Shown in pieces: positions 53,684 to 61,921 of a stretch of DNA of 64,000 nucleotides (the first letter of the stretch is position 1; each line of letters begins with the position of its first letter). Position numbers and translations under genes: made by a program. Source of the DNA: an uncultured Pelagibacteraceae bacterium (GTDB taxonomy: Bacteria; Pseudomonadota; Alphaproteobacteria; Pelagibacterales; Pelagibacteraceae); the NCBI GenBank assembly GCA_902592265.1, contig CACJDV010000004.1, positions 171 to 64,170 on the forward strand. The letters run 5' to 3'. The notes beneath the pieces were generated by a model. That model did no database searches. It saw nothing but the letters and a program-made list of their open reading frames with translations, and was not told the origin of the DNA.

Positions 53684-54373
53684 ATGCGTTGGAACAAAAA
53701 ATATGATTATCCTATAAGTTCAAGAGCGACAGAAGATGGAATAAGAAGATACGTTTTAGGAGAAGCAAAGTTACCTAGTGTAACTTCAATACTTGATGCA
53801 ACAAAGTCCGAGGAAGATAAAGCAGCTTTGGCTAACTGGAGAGAGAGAACTGGTCACAAAGAAGCTGAAGCTATAACAAAGGCAGCAAGTAGTAGAGGTT
53901 CTCAGATGCACAGTTATTTAGAATCTTTTCTTTTAGGTAGAGAGAATTTAAGTTTCTTTGAGGACAATGAGCAATATAAAAAAATGGCAAAAGAAATTAT
54001 TGATAAGGGTATAACAAACAGATTAGAGGAAATATACGGTGTGGAGTGCACTATGCATTACCCTGATAGATATGCGGGTACAGCAGACTGTGTAGGTGTT
54101 TATGAAGGGAAAGAAACAATAATTGATTTTAAGCAGTCCAACAAACCAAAAAAAGCTGAGTACATAGACTCGTGGTTTTTACAGACCGCTGCTTACTCTT
54201 TAGCACATAATGTTGTCTATAATTCAAATATAAATTCATGTGTTATTCTAGTTTGCACAGTAGATAATTTGTTCCAAGAGTTTAAAATTCAAGGATCTGA
54301 ATTAATAACATATCAAAATTTGTTTTTAGGTAGATTAAAAAAATTTAATGAAATGAATAATTTGGTTCAATAA
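53684..54373 (+). CDS. PD-(D/E)XK nuclease, phage exonuclease/MGME1-like
   Basis: LPSVTSIL, RGSQMH, YAGTADC, IIDFKQS, LQTAAY; start ATG 53684. Confidence 0.85.
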   Translation: MRWNKKYDYPISSRATEDGIRRYVLGEAKLPSVTSILDATKSEEDKAALANWRERTGHKEAEAITKAASSRGSQMHSYLESFLLGRENLSFFEDNEQYKKMAKEIIDKGITNRLEEIYGVECTMHYPDRYAGTADCVGVYEGKETIIDFKQSNKPKKAEYIDSWFLQTAAYSLAHNVVYNSNINSCVILVCTVDNLFQEFKIQGSELITYQNLFLGRLKKFNEMNNLVQ

Positions 54374-54377
54374 AAAA

Positions 54378-55814
54378 ATGGATAAAATTGTTATTTATGA
54401 TACCGAAACAACAAATTCAACAATATGGGGATCTATAATTGAAGTTGGGGCTGTTGTTGTTGATAAAAATTTAAAAGAAATTGGAAAGCTAAATATAAGA
54501 GGACGAATGCCAGAAGGTGAGGTACCTAGCGCTAAAGCCTTACTTGTTAATTCAACTAGTATTGATCTATTGACTAAAGGCAATTATTCGCATTATGATT
54601 TCTTAGGTGCTGTTGAAAATTTTTTCTCTAAATGTGCCCCAGCAATGTTCATGGGCTGGTCAAATTTGAATTTTGATCGAAGAATGTTTCACTTTAATTT
54701 TTTTAAGGGTAATCGTTATCCCTACGCTACTCACTCATCACCTAACTGTGAACATGATGGTTTGCACATTGCAAGAGCAGCTCAAACTTTAAATTCTGAA
54801 ACTTTAAAAACAGAATTAACAGAAGCAGGAAATCCAAGCCTAGCATTAGAATCTTTATCAAGAATGCAAGGTTTTGATACTTCAGCAAGTCACACTGCAT
54901 ACGTGGATGCTCAAAATTCATTGAAAGTCCTTCGAATTATTAGAAATAAACATAAAGAAAATTGGGAAACATTTTTAAAAACATCAACTAAAACAAGCGT
55001 AGAAACGTTTTTAAAAGATGAAGGCATATATTCTATTTTTGAAAATGTGAAGGGTAGAAATATGATGTATCTCACTAGCACACTACATCCTAATCACTGT
55101 TTTCACCCTTCCTACGCATCGTGGGGATATGTTTGGGATTTGAGAAGAGATCCAGAACCATTATTAAACTTACCAGTAAATCAATTAAGAGATATTTTAA
55201 AAAAATATAGTCCTAAAGCCTTAAGAGTTTTAAAAACTAATAAAGCTCCAGTAATTTTGGATAAAGAGTTTGCCTTAAAACAAAAACCTTATTTAGATTT
55301 AGATTTAGAAACAATTAAAAAACGTGCACAAATGGTGAGAAACAGTGAAAATTTCTGTAAAAATATACAAATTATAAATAGAGAAGCTGCAGAGGAAAAA
55401 GAGCAAACTAAAACCCAAGAAGATCTATTGCCTGAAGAGACTCTGTATGAAAAATTTATTCCTAATAAAGATACTGCTTTATTTAAAACTTGGCATAGCT
55501 CGTCCTGGGAAGATAAGTTGAGATTACTAGATAAATTTCAAGATAAAAGATGTAGTTGGTTTGGTCAAAAAATAATTTACCAAGAGGCACCTCAAATTTT
55601 ACCACCTGATTTATATAAAAATATTAAAAGTGAAATTGCTAGACGTATACTAAGCAAGAATAAAGAAAAGTGGCAAACAGTAAATATGGCATATAATGAA
55701 ATCGACTATTTGAGAGATCAAGCAGATAAAAGAGACGATAAAGTTGAATTAAATAAGTTGGACGAAATAAACGATTTTATTATGTCTATAGAAAAAAAAT
55801 ATGAAATTGCCTAG
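54378..55814 (+). CDS. sbcB: Exonuclease I-like DEDDh 3'-5' exonuclease
   Basis: YDTETT, GWSNLNFD, LESLS, SHTAYVD, NKAP, EETLYEKFI..D; 478 aa, ExoI-sized. Confidence 0.82.
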   Translation: MDKIVIYDTETTNSTIWGSIIEVGAVVVDKNLKEIGKLNIRGRMPEGEVPSAKALLVNSTSIDLLTKGNYSHYDFLGAVENFFSKCAPAMFMGWSNLNFDRRMFHFNFFKGNRYPYATHSSPNCEHDGLHIARAAQTLNSETLKTELTEAGNPSLALESLSRMQGFDTSASHTAYVDAQNSLKVLRIIRNKHKENWETFLKTSTKTSVETFLKDEGIYSIFENVKGRNMMYLTSTLHPNHCFHPSYASWGYVWDLRRDPEPLLNLPVNQLRDILKKYSPKALRVLKTNKAPVILDKEFALKQKPYLDLDLETIKKRAQMVRNSENFCKNIQIINREAAEEKEQTKTQEDLLPEETLYEKFIPNKDTALFKTWHSSSWEDKLRLLDKFQDKRCSWFGQKIIYQEAPQILPPDLYKNIKSEIARRILSKNKEKWQTVNMAYNEIDYLRDQADKRDDKVELNKLDEINDFIMSIEKKYEIA

Positions 55815-55848
55815 TTGACTTTAAGATACAAGTTTATAGAAAGGATTT

Positions 55849-56166
55849 ATGCTTATAGATTTTAAAGACGAAGATTTTGAAAACAAAATTAAAAGTGAAG
55901 ATGTTTCAGTAATTCAATTTAGTGCAGCTTGGTGTGGCCCTTGTAAGTCCCTAAAACCAATTATGGATAAACTTGCAGTTGAGTATAAAGACAAGGCTGG
56001 CTTTTATTACGCCGATATAGAGGATGGTGGTATTAATACGGGGAGTGCTGCAGGTATAAGAGGCGTTCCAACAGTGATAATCTATAAAAAAGGTGTTGAG
56101 GTAGATAGAAAAGTTGGTGGAGTTCCTGAAAGCCATATGAAAGAGTTTTTAGAAAAAAATATTTAA
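55849..56166 (+). CDS. trxA: Thioredoxin
   Basis: WCGPC, IRGVPT. Confidence 0.93.
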   Translation: MLIDFKDEDFENKIKSEDVSVIQFSAAWCGPCKSLKPIMDKLAVEYKDKAGFYYADIEDGGINTGSAAGIRGVPTVIIYKKGVEVDRKVGGVPESHMKEFLEKNI

Positions 56167-57428
56167 TTTAAGTTTAATATTTCACCTGCCAAATATAAAG
56201 ATCCAGTAATTATTAAGATATCGTTTTTTTTAAGTGATAAGGACTTAATTGCTTTCTCAATATTTTTTTCATATTTAGCATCAAAAATATTTTTAAATTT
56301 TTCTTTTAATTTTTTACCACTGATAGCATTTTGTTGATTTGGTATATCAACAGTAGTTAGAGATGATATGTCTTTAAAGTAGCTGATATACTTCTCATGG
56401 TCTTTATTAGACATCATCCCTATAATAAAATGCTTATTACAATCTAAGGTTTGAAGATATTCATTTAAAACTCTAGCGCCATCTTCATTATGACTTCCAT
56501 CTATTAATAGTCGGTTATTTTTAATTAAATCTTTAATTTTCCCAGATTTTATTTCTTGTAACCTGCCAATACTTTCTATTTTGGTAATTCCTTTTTTTAT
56601 ATCATCATCCTTAATCTCTAAATTTAGTTGTCTTATCGTTGCTATTGCTGTTGAAATATTTTCTAACTGAAATTGTCCTAGAATATTCGGCAATGGTAGT
56701 TTTAAGCCACCAAATTTATCTTCATAATAAAAAAAACCATTTTCTCCATTAGAATAGCTGTAATCTTCATTAAAGAACAATTTATTAGATAAGTTTTCCG
56801 AAATAGATTTTTTGATACTTTCAGTCGTTTCAACTGAGTTTTGTTTAGATACAATTATATTAGATTTTAAAAGAGAGGACGTTTTTTCAAATACAATTTG
56901 TTTGATTGTTTGCTGAGCCTTTGGTAACCAGTCTAGATGATCTTTGCTAATAGAGCAAACTACACTTGCTAAATTATTTTTTAGTATATTAGTAGCGTCA
57001 AATCTATGAAACAAGCCCGCCTCTATTAAATTAATATTATTAGGATATTGAGCAGCCTTGTAGAAATAACAAGCAGACAGAGCCTCAAAAAAAGTTAAAG
57101 GATTTTGATCATTTATTTTTTCAATTTCTTCAAAAAGATCAATTAATTCATCATCCTTAAGCATATTATTATTAAAAACAAATCTCTCATTGATTTTTTG
57201 AATATGAGGACTTGTATAAACATTGCATTTTAATTTTGATTCTTTGAGAATTGAAAAAATTGCATTAATAGTAGATTGTTTACCATTTGTACCTACTACT
57301 GATACTGCTTTTATTTTGTCCTGAGGATTACCTAATTTTTCACAAAGAATTTTTATACGATCTAAACTTAAATCTATTTCTTTAGGATGCAGCTTTTGTA
57401 ATTGTCTGACTATCTTCTGAAGTTTCAT
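56163..57428 (-). CDS. folC: Folylpolyglutamate/dihydrofolate synthase
   Basis: GTNGK, YTSPH, TFFE, EAGL, DATN, DGSHN, GSLYLAG. Confidence 0.94.
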   Translation of the reverse strand: MKLQKIVRQLQKLHPKEIDLSLDRIKILCEKLGNPQDKIKAVSVVGTNGKQSTINAIFSILKESKLKCNVYTSPHIQKINERFVFNNNMLKDDELIDLFEEIEKINDQNPLTFFEALSACYFYKAAQYPNNINLIEAGLFHRFDATNILKNNLASVVCSISKDHLDWLPKAQQTIKQIVFEKTSSLLKSNIIVSKQNSVETTESIKKSISENLSNKLFFNEDYSYSNGENGFFYYEDKFGGLKLPLPNILGQFQLENISTAIATIRQLNLEIKDDDIKKGITKIESIGRLQEIKSGKIKDLIKNNRLLIDGSHNEDGARVLNEYLQTLDCNKHFIIGMMSNKDHEKYISYFKDISSLTTVDIPNQQNAISGKKLKEKFKNIFDAKYEKNIEKAIKSLSLKKNDILIITGSLYLAGEILNLN

Positions 57429-58317
57429 TTTCTTCAGTGCTTATAACAGGTTTCTTATTTAATAGAATTGAAATTAAAATCCCAATTTTTTCGGCAAGAT
57501 CTTTTCTTTCAACGATCAAATCAATAAAACCTGTCTTTTGAACATACTCACTTCTTTGGAAACCCTCAGGTAATTCTTCTTTTACAGTTCCTTGGATGAC
57601 CCTAGCTCCAGCAAACGCAATTAGCGCATCAGGTTCTGCAATATGAATATCACCCAACATTGCATAACTGGCTGTGATTCCTCCAGCAACTGGGCTTGCC
57701 ATCAAAACTATGTAAGGCAAACCTGCAGCTTTAACTTCATTAATTGCAAGTGTGGTTCTTGTCATTTGAGATAATGAGATTGATGACTCTTGCATTTTCA
57801 TACCGCCACCTGTTGCACACACTAGTAACGGCTGCTTATTATCTACTGCATGTTGAGCTGCATACAAAAAAGCTTCACCCTCTGCTGCTCCAATGCTAGC
57901 ACCCATAAAATCAAAGTCCGATGCAACTGCAGTAATTTTAATTTGATTTATAGAACCTTCAGCAACAACCATACTACATTCTAAGCCTGTTTTTTTACGT
58001 GCACTTTTTAATCTTTCTTTATAAGGTTTGCTATCAATGAATCCTAAAGGATCATCTTTTGGAATAGGAGTTTTGAATATCTCATAATTATTTTTACCAA
58101 ATAAAATATCAAATCTTTGCTTAGGGTTTATCCTATGATGTTTTTTACACCCGGTCTCAGGACACACCCAAAGATTTTCTTCTAAATCTTTTTTTAAAAT
58201 TGGTCCTTTACAACAGCTTGTCCAATCACTATTTGCAATCTCTTCTTTTGTTGCTCTTTTATGAATGGCTGTTTTTATTTTTTCACCAGCTTTTATTATT
58301 TTTGTTATCCAATTCAT
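57382..58317 (-). CDS. accD: Acetyl-CoA carboxylase carboxyltransferase beta subunit
   Basis: DPLGFIDSKPY, FDFMGAS, GGMKMQE, FAGARVI, LPEGFQ. Confidence 0.94.
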   Translation of the reverse strand: MNWITKIIKAGEKIKTAIHKRATKEEIANSDWTSCCKGPILKKDLEENLWVCPETGCKKHHRINPKQRFDILFGKNNYEIFKTPIPKDDPLGFIDSKPYKERLKSARKKTGLECSMVVAEGSINQIKITAVASDFDFMGASIGAAEGEAFLYAAQHAVDNKQPLLVCATGGGMKMQESSISLSQMTRTTLAINEVKAAGLPYIVLMASPVAGGITASYAMLGDIHIAEPDALIAFAGARVIQGTVKEELPEGFQRSEYVQKTGFIDLIVERKDLAEKIGILISILLNKKPVISTEENETSEDSQTITKAAS

Positions 58318-59114
58318 TTAATTTTATTTTTTAGTCTATTTACGACATTATAAACATTTGTGACAGGATTTTGGCTTTTTTTTATTGAATTTGTTATCTC
58401 TTTACAAATAGCACTTCCAACAACTAAACCATCAGCTTTTTTAAGAGATTTTATAGTTTTTTCAGTAATACCAAAGCCAATCACAACATTTTTTTTTGAG
58501 TTTACTTTTTTAATTTTATCATAGTTAGACATTATTTCTTGAGAAGAAACTTTAAGCTTCCCCCCTGTAGTAGAGAGCATAGATATAAAATAAATCATTT
58601 CATGAGAATCATTAATTATCTTTTTTAACCTGCTTTTAGATGTGGTCGGTGATAAAAGTTGAATAAAAAATATTGATTTTTTTTTACATTTAGTTGCAAA
58701 CTTCTTATTTTCTGGCCAAGGCAAATCTACGACTATTAATCCATTTACTCCTGAAATTTTGCATTTTTTTAAAAACTCGTTTTCACCATATTGAAAAATC
58801 ATATTATAGTATCCCATCAATATAATTGGTTTATTTTTGTCAAATTTTTTAAAATCTTTTACAATTTTAAAAATATCATTTACTTTAATTCCATTTTTGA
58901 TTGCTCTATACGAGCTAGTTTGAATTTGACTTCCATCAGCAACTGGAGTGTTATGAGGAACACCAATTTCTAATATATCTACCTTTTTTGAGATTGATTT
59001 TAATATCTCTAACGATTGTTTTTTTGAACTATCCCCAGCTACAGTATAAGTTAATAAAGCAGGTCTATTTTCACTTTTAGCTTTTTTAAAAGCAAAACTA
59101 ATTGGATTAAACAT
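58314..59114 (-). CDS. trpA: Tryptophan synthase alpha subunit
   Basis: LEIGVP...ADG (E49, D60), LMGYYN, VDLP, GFGI, VVGSA. Confidence 0.93.
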   Translation of the reverse strand: MFNPISFAFKKAKSENRPALLTYTVAGDSSKKQSLEILKSISKKVDILEIGVPHNTPVADGSQIQTSSYRAIKNGIKVNDIFKIVKDFKKFDKNKPIILMGYYNMIFQYGENEFLKKCKISGVNGLIVVDLPWPENKKFATKCKKKSIFFIQLLSPTTSKSRLKKIINDSHEMIYFISMLSTTGGKLKVSSQEIMSNYDKIKKVNSKKNVVIGFGITEKTIKSLKKADGLVVGSAICKEITNSIKKSQNPVTNVYNVVNRLKNKIK

Positions 59115-60342
59115 ATTTTTTTCCCAATCTTTTCTCTAAAATACCCCTATCTTTGTAAGCATCACCACAACTATTGACTACAACTATTGTATCTTTACTT
59201 AATTTTTTTGAGTCTGCTATCGCGACTGAAAAAGCGTGACTTGGTTCAAGGGAGGGTCTTAATTTTTCAAACTTCGTTACAAGTTTATAAGCGTTTAAAG
59301 CCTCCTCATCGCTTGCTGCAGTGTATCTAGCTCTTTTTGTATCTTTAAGAAAACAATGAAGCGGGGAAACACCAGGATAATCTAGTCCAGCTGAAATTGA
59401 CTCAGTCTCTTCTATTTGACCATCTGTATTTTGATTAACATATTGAGCAGCACCATGAAGTATTCCAATTTTAGATCCATATGTGAGTGGCGCTGCATGC
59501 TTTTTACTTTTTGCAGGTCCACCAGCCTCTACACCTATAAATTCACATTGTTTTTTATCGTAATCCATAAATTCATTCCAGAACCCAAAACTAGAACTTC
59601 CTCCTCCAACGCAATTATAAAGTTTAAGTTTTTTTGGAACTGATCCAAATTCATTAATTAATTGAATTTTAAGTTCTCTCGATATTTGACTTGTACTCCA
59701 TCCACAGATGCGAACAAAGATAGCTGGACCAACGGTGCTACCAACACACATGGCAACTTTATCACAATTCGCAACCCAGTATCGCATGCATTCAGAGACT
59801 GCATCTACGAGAGTTTGACTTCCAGAATATACAGGAATGACCTCAGCCCCATTTTTTTTCATAGCTTTTACATTTGGTTGCTGCCTTTGAATATCTTTTG
59901 CGCCCATGAAAATTTTACATTTTAAACCAAATTTTTTAGCTGCCATACTCAACATTTTACCTGCATAGCCAGCACCAGTGTCTCCACAAATAATTTTTTT
60001 CCCAGAACGCTTTGCAAGTAAACAGTGAACAGTTGCATTATAAATTTTATGCGCTCCTCCATTTGCATCAGATACGACTTTAGACCAAATTTGAGCTCCA
60101 CCCACATGTTTAGTTAAATTTTCTAATTTTATGAAACGAGTAGGACTACCAACCCAATTTTTAAAATATTTGTCTCTTTCATTTATAAATTTATTATCTT
60201 TTTTGAGCTTATTGAAAAGAATTTCCAGATCTTCGATAGGTTTTTTCAATGTTTCAGGTACAAAATTTCCCCCAAATTTTCCACCCCAAAATCCAAGTTT
60301 ATTGCCTTGATCTATTACTGGAATTCCTTTTTTAAGCTTCAT
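59107..60342 (-). CDS. trpB: Tryptophan synthase beta subunit (divergent)
   Basis: FGGNFVPETL, GAHK PLP lysine, VGGGS, SISAGLDYPGV; lies between trpF and trpA. Confidence 0.88.
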   Translation of the reverse strand: MKLKKGIPVIDQGNKLGFWGGKFGGNFVPETLKKPIEDLEILFNKLKKDNKFINERDKYFKNWVGSPTRFIKLENLTKHVGGAQIWSKVVSDANGGAHKIYNATVHCLLAKRSGKKIICGDTGAGYAGKMLSMAAKKFGLKCKIFMGAKDIQRQQPNVKAMKKNGAEVIPVYSGSQTLVDAVSECMRYWVANCDKVAMCVGSTVGPAIFVRICGWSTSQISRELKIQLINEFGSVPKKLKLYNCVGGGSSSFGFWNEFMDYDKKQCEFIGVEAGGPAKSKKHAAPLTYGSKIGILHGAAQYVNQNTDGQIEETESISAGLDYPGVSPLHCFLKDTKRARYTAASDEEALNAYKLVTKFEKLRPSLEPSHAFSVAIADSKKLSKDTIVVVNSCGDAYKDRGILEKRLGKKYV

Positions 60343-60956
60343 TTTTTTGCAAATAATTTTAATAATTTATCAATTTTATTAATATCTTTCTTTCCCTCAT
60401 TACTTTCAATTGATCCAGATAAATCAATTATGAAGTCTTTATTTTTAAACTTAGGAATATCATCTATTTGAATATTTCCTGCAATCATTTTATTCACTTC
60501 ATTGGGCACCTGTTCTAATAAATCATGATCAAAACTTTCAGATCTATGATATCCTTTTGAGTCAAAAAGAATTATATCTGAAATTTCTAAATAATCTTTA
60601 TATTTATCTACATCTTCTTTATCTGAAATTGTAAGTGCAGAAATTATCTTAATTTTATATTTTTTCTTAATTTCAAAAGTTCTTAATGGGTCAACATCAT
60701 AAAGTTGATAATAATCAAAATTAAGATTTTTGATTTTCTCTAATAATTCATTTGTAGGACTCACAAGCACTGAGACAAAATTGGTCTGTTTTTTATTTAC
60801 GTTTACTAAATTTATTAAATTTTCATATTGGACATATCTTTTGCTCTTTTTATAATTTGTGATGAAACCAATAAACTTCGGTGGATATGGATGATTTAAA
60901 ATATAATTTAAAGTTTCAGGATCTGAGATCCCACAAATTTTTAAACCTTTGATCAT
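60339..60956 (-). CDS. trpF: Phosphoribosylanthranilate isomerase
   Basis: KICGI, SKRYV, LFDS, IAG, DLSGSIES..GKKD. Confidence 0.88.
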   Translation of the reverse strand: MIKGLKICGISDPETLNYILNHPYPPKFIGFITNYKKSKRYVQYENLINLVNVNKKQTNFVSVLVSPTNELLEKIKNLNFDYYQLYDVDPLRTFEIKKKYKIKIISALTISDKEDVDKYKDYLEISDIILFDSKGYHRSESFDHDLLEQVPNEVNKMIAGNIQIDDIPKFKNKDFIIDLSGSIESNEGKKDINKIDKLLKLFAKK

Positions 60957-61630
60957 TGACTTAAATGATCAATTAATGTTTGAATATTTTTTCGTATATT
61001 GCCATTGGTTATAGGCCTTCCTATTACAAGCCAATCACTGCCGTTCTTATATGCTTGTTTTGGAGTAACAACTCTTTTTTGATCATCTGTTTTAGTATTA
61101 AATCTTATTCCAGGGGTTATGATTTCTTTTTTGAAGAATTTTTTAACAATCTTAACTTCATTTGCACTACATACAATAGCATCTAAGTTAGCCTTTTTTG
61201 CTAATCTTACTTGGTGTGAAACAAGTTGATTAATATTTTTGTTGTAACCAATCTCTTTTAGGGATTTATTATCTAAAGAGGTTAATGTTGTGACACCTAT
61301 TAATTTTGTTTTTCCAGATATTTTTTTACATGCTTTTAGAGCCTCTAAGCCGGAACTAATATGAATAGTTAAGTAATTTATATTTAAATCTTTCATTGCT
61401 TTAATAGTTGATAAACAAGTATTTGGAATATCGTTTATCTTAAGATCTGCAAATACTATTTTATTTTTTATCTTAGATAAAAAGCTTCTTCCATATTTTG
61501 AGTTTAAAAATTCTAAACCAAACTTATATCCAATTTTCAATTTTTTATTATGTGTTTCTTTTATGATTTTTTTTATTTTTAAAATATTAGTGCTATCACA
61601 AGCAACAAATACTTTATTTTTTTTCATCAT
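60953..61630 (-). CDS. pyrF: Orotidine-5'-phosphate decarboxylase
   Basis: DLKINDIPNT, LTS, TPGIR, DDQKR, VIGRPI. Confidence 0.96.
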   Translation of the reverse strand: MMKKNKVFVACDSTNILKIKKIIKETHNKKLKIGYKFGLEFLNSKYGRSFLSKIKNKIVFADLKINDIPNTCLSTIKAMKDLNINYLTIHISSGLEALKACKKISGKTKLIGVTTLTSLDNKSLKEIGYNKNINQLVSHQVRLAKKANLDAIVCSANEVKIVKKFFKKEIITPGIRFNTKTDDQKRVVTPKQAYKNGSDWLVIGRPITNGNIRKNIQTLIDHLSQ

Positions 61631-61907
61631 TTAAAATTTTAAACAAATCCTTTGACATTTTGAAGTGAATTGTTTTTTTTTCTGGTGTATTTACTTTTTC
61701 TCCAGTTTTAGGATTTCTAGATATCCGAGATTTTTGAATATTGGTTGAAAACACACCAAATCCTCTAAATTCTATTCTCTCACCTCTTTTGAGAGTTTTT
61801 TTTATTTCATTAAAAATAATATTTGTGAATTTTTCCAAATCTTTTTTTAAAAAATTGGGATAATTTTCTGAAAGTTGTTTTAAAAGCTTTGATTTTACAA
61901 TAGCCAA
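61614..61907 (-). CDS. ihfB: Integration host factor beta subunit
   Basis: KSKL, RIEFRGFGVF, RNPKTGE; directly downstream of rpsA. Confidence 0.88.
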   Translation of the reverse strand: MAIVKSKLLKQLSENYPNFLKKDLEKFTNIIFNEIKKTLKRGERIEFRGFGVFSTNIQKSRISRNPKTGEKVNTPEKKTIHFKMSKDLFKILNDEKK

Positions 61908-61921
61908 TTTAAATACTTATA

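Noticed and set aside
53684-54373. Cas4/CRISPR or prophage interpretation of the PD-(D/E)XK nuclease
   Set aside because: No Fe-S cysteine pattern, repeat-spacer array, cas1/cas2, integrase or virion genes in the window.
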